From Alphaproteobacteria bacterium (lineage in GTDB: Bacteria; Pseudomonadota; Alphaproteobacteria; UBA7879; VGCX01): a DNA stretch of 40,302 nt. Shown here one piece after another: positions 39,910 to 40,302 of this stretch. The position numbers and the translations under genes were made by a program. A model generated the notes under the pieces. The model did not search any database and was not told the origin of the DNA. It saw only the letters and a program-made list of their open reading frames with translations. Location: the NCBI GenBank assembly GCA_016869935.1, contig VGCX01000003.1, forward strand, positions 1 to 40,302, written 5' to 3'. Position 1 is the stretch's first letter; every line of letters starts with the position of its first letter.

Positions 39910-40302
39910 GGTTTTCCAAACGTTTCATTTCGTCTTTCGCAGAAATAATCTTCGCTGGTTTCTTTTTATCAGAAGACTTCCAAAACATAACAATGCTCTT
40001 TGCCTTTTCTTGAAGCGTTTTAACTTTTGATGGGGGAATATTAAGGTCTTGGTTCACAGTATTTTTAATTTCAGGGTAAGATTCTACCTGAAGAACGGCT
40101 AAAAGCTTTTCCTCTCCTGGTGTTAAAACGTCCCGTGTATTTCGATCATGGGGAACAAGGATTGTTTCAATATCAATACGCTCTAATACCTCAAGGGTTG
40201 CCCCTGGTGTTTTAATATCCATATCAGCAGGAATTTCGAGCGCATGGTGCCTTGTAACTTCAAATTCATCAGGCACGTCTTTTGTCAAACCTAATGTTTC
40301 TT
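39893..40302 (-). CDS. DUF3035-like protein, 5' end outside the window
   Basis: The frame is open to the window edge (ETLGLTKDVPDEFEV...LEIP). PDEFxV is typical of alphaproteobacterial DUF3035 lipoproteins. Confidence 0.6.
   Translation of the reverse strand, partial: ETLGLTKDVPDEFEVTRHHALEIPADMDIKTPGATLEVLERIDIETILVPHDRNTRDVLTPGEEKLLAVLQVESYPEIKNTVNQDLNIPPSKVKTLQEKAKSIVMFWKSSDKKKPAKIISAKDEMKRLENHGVPA

Noticed and set aside
1-40302. CRISPR arrays, tRNA/rRNA genes, IS elements, integrases, prophage or defence genes
   Set aside because: I saw no regularly spaced repeats, cloverleafs or mobile-element motifs, and intergenic gaps are short. This was by-eye inspection only.

Overview
Gene-dense, AT-rich chromosomal segment of an alphaproteobacterium. 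The conserved blocks porin-DUF3576-leuS-lptE-holA, bamD-recN-ligA and fumC-RHH, plus DUF3035, support that placement. Compaction, an ankyrin protein and nucleoside-salvage kinases suggest a host-associated lineage such as Holosporales (inference). Most genes are housekeeping: atpD end, atpC, rsmD, argS, rpsD, trmJ, sua5, fumC, folD, yggT, fabI, glyQS, dsbA-like, holA, lptE, leuS, ubiA, rsmE, bamD, recN, ligA, GT9, Atm1-type ABC, tdk, adenosine kinase, typA, ampG, mutL, pgi. I saw no rRNA, tRNA, CRISPR, IS or prophage. The best leads are: (1) an unannotated promoter-RBS-ORF-terminator unit (23409-23659) encoding a 43-aa prepeptide that should release a 22-aa exported peptide; (2) a stand-alone LuxR-type autoinducer-binding domain with no HTH, adjacent to an atypical alkaline-phosphatase-superfamily gene between folD and fumC; (3) an XRE-HTH/Rcp1-like receiver fusion with Glu in place of the phospho-Asp and a structured upstream region; (4) an unannotated LptM/YifL-like 53-aa lipoprotein. 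All calls are from manual motif reading; no searches were run.
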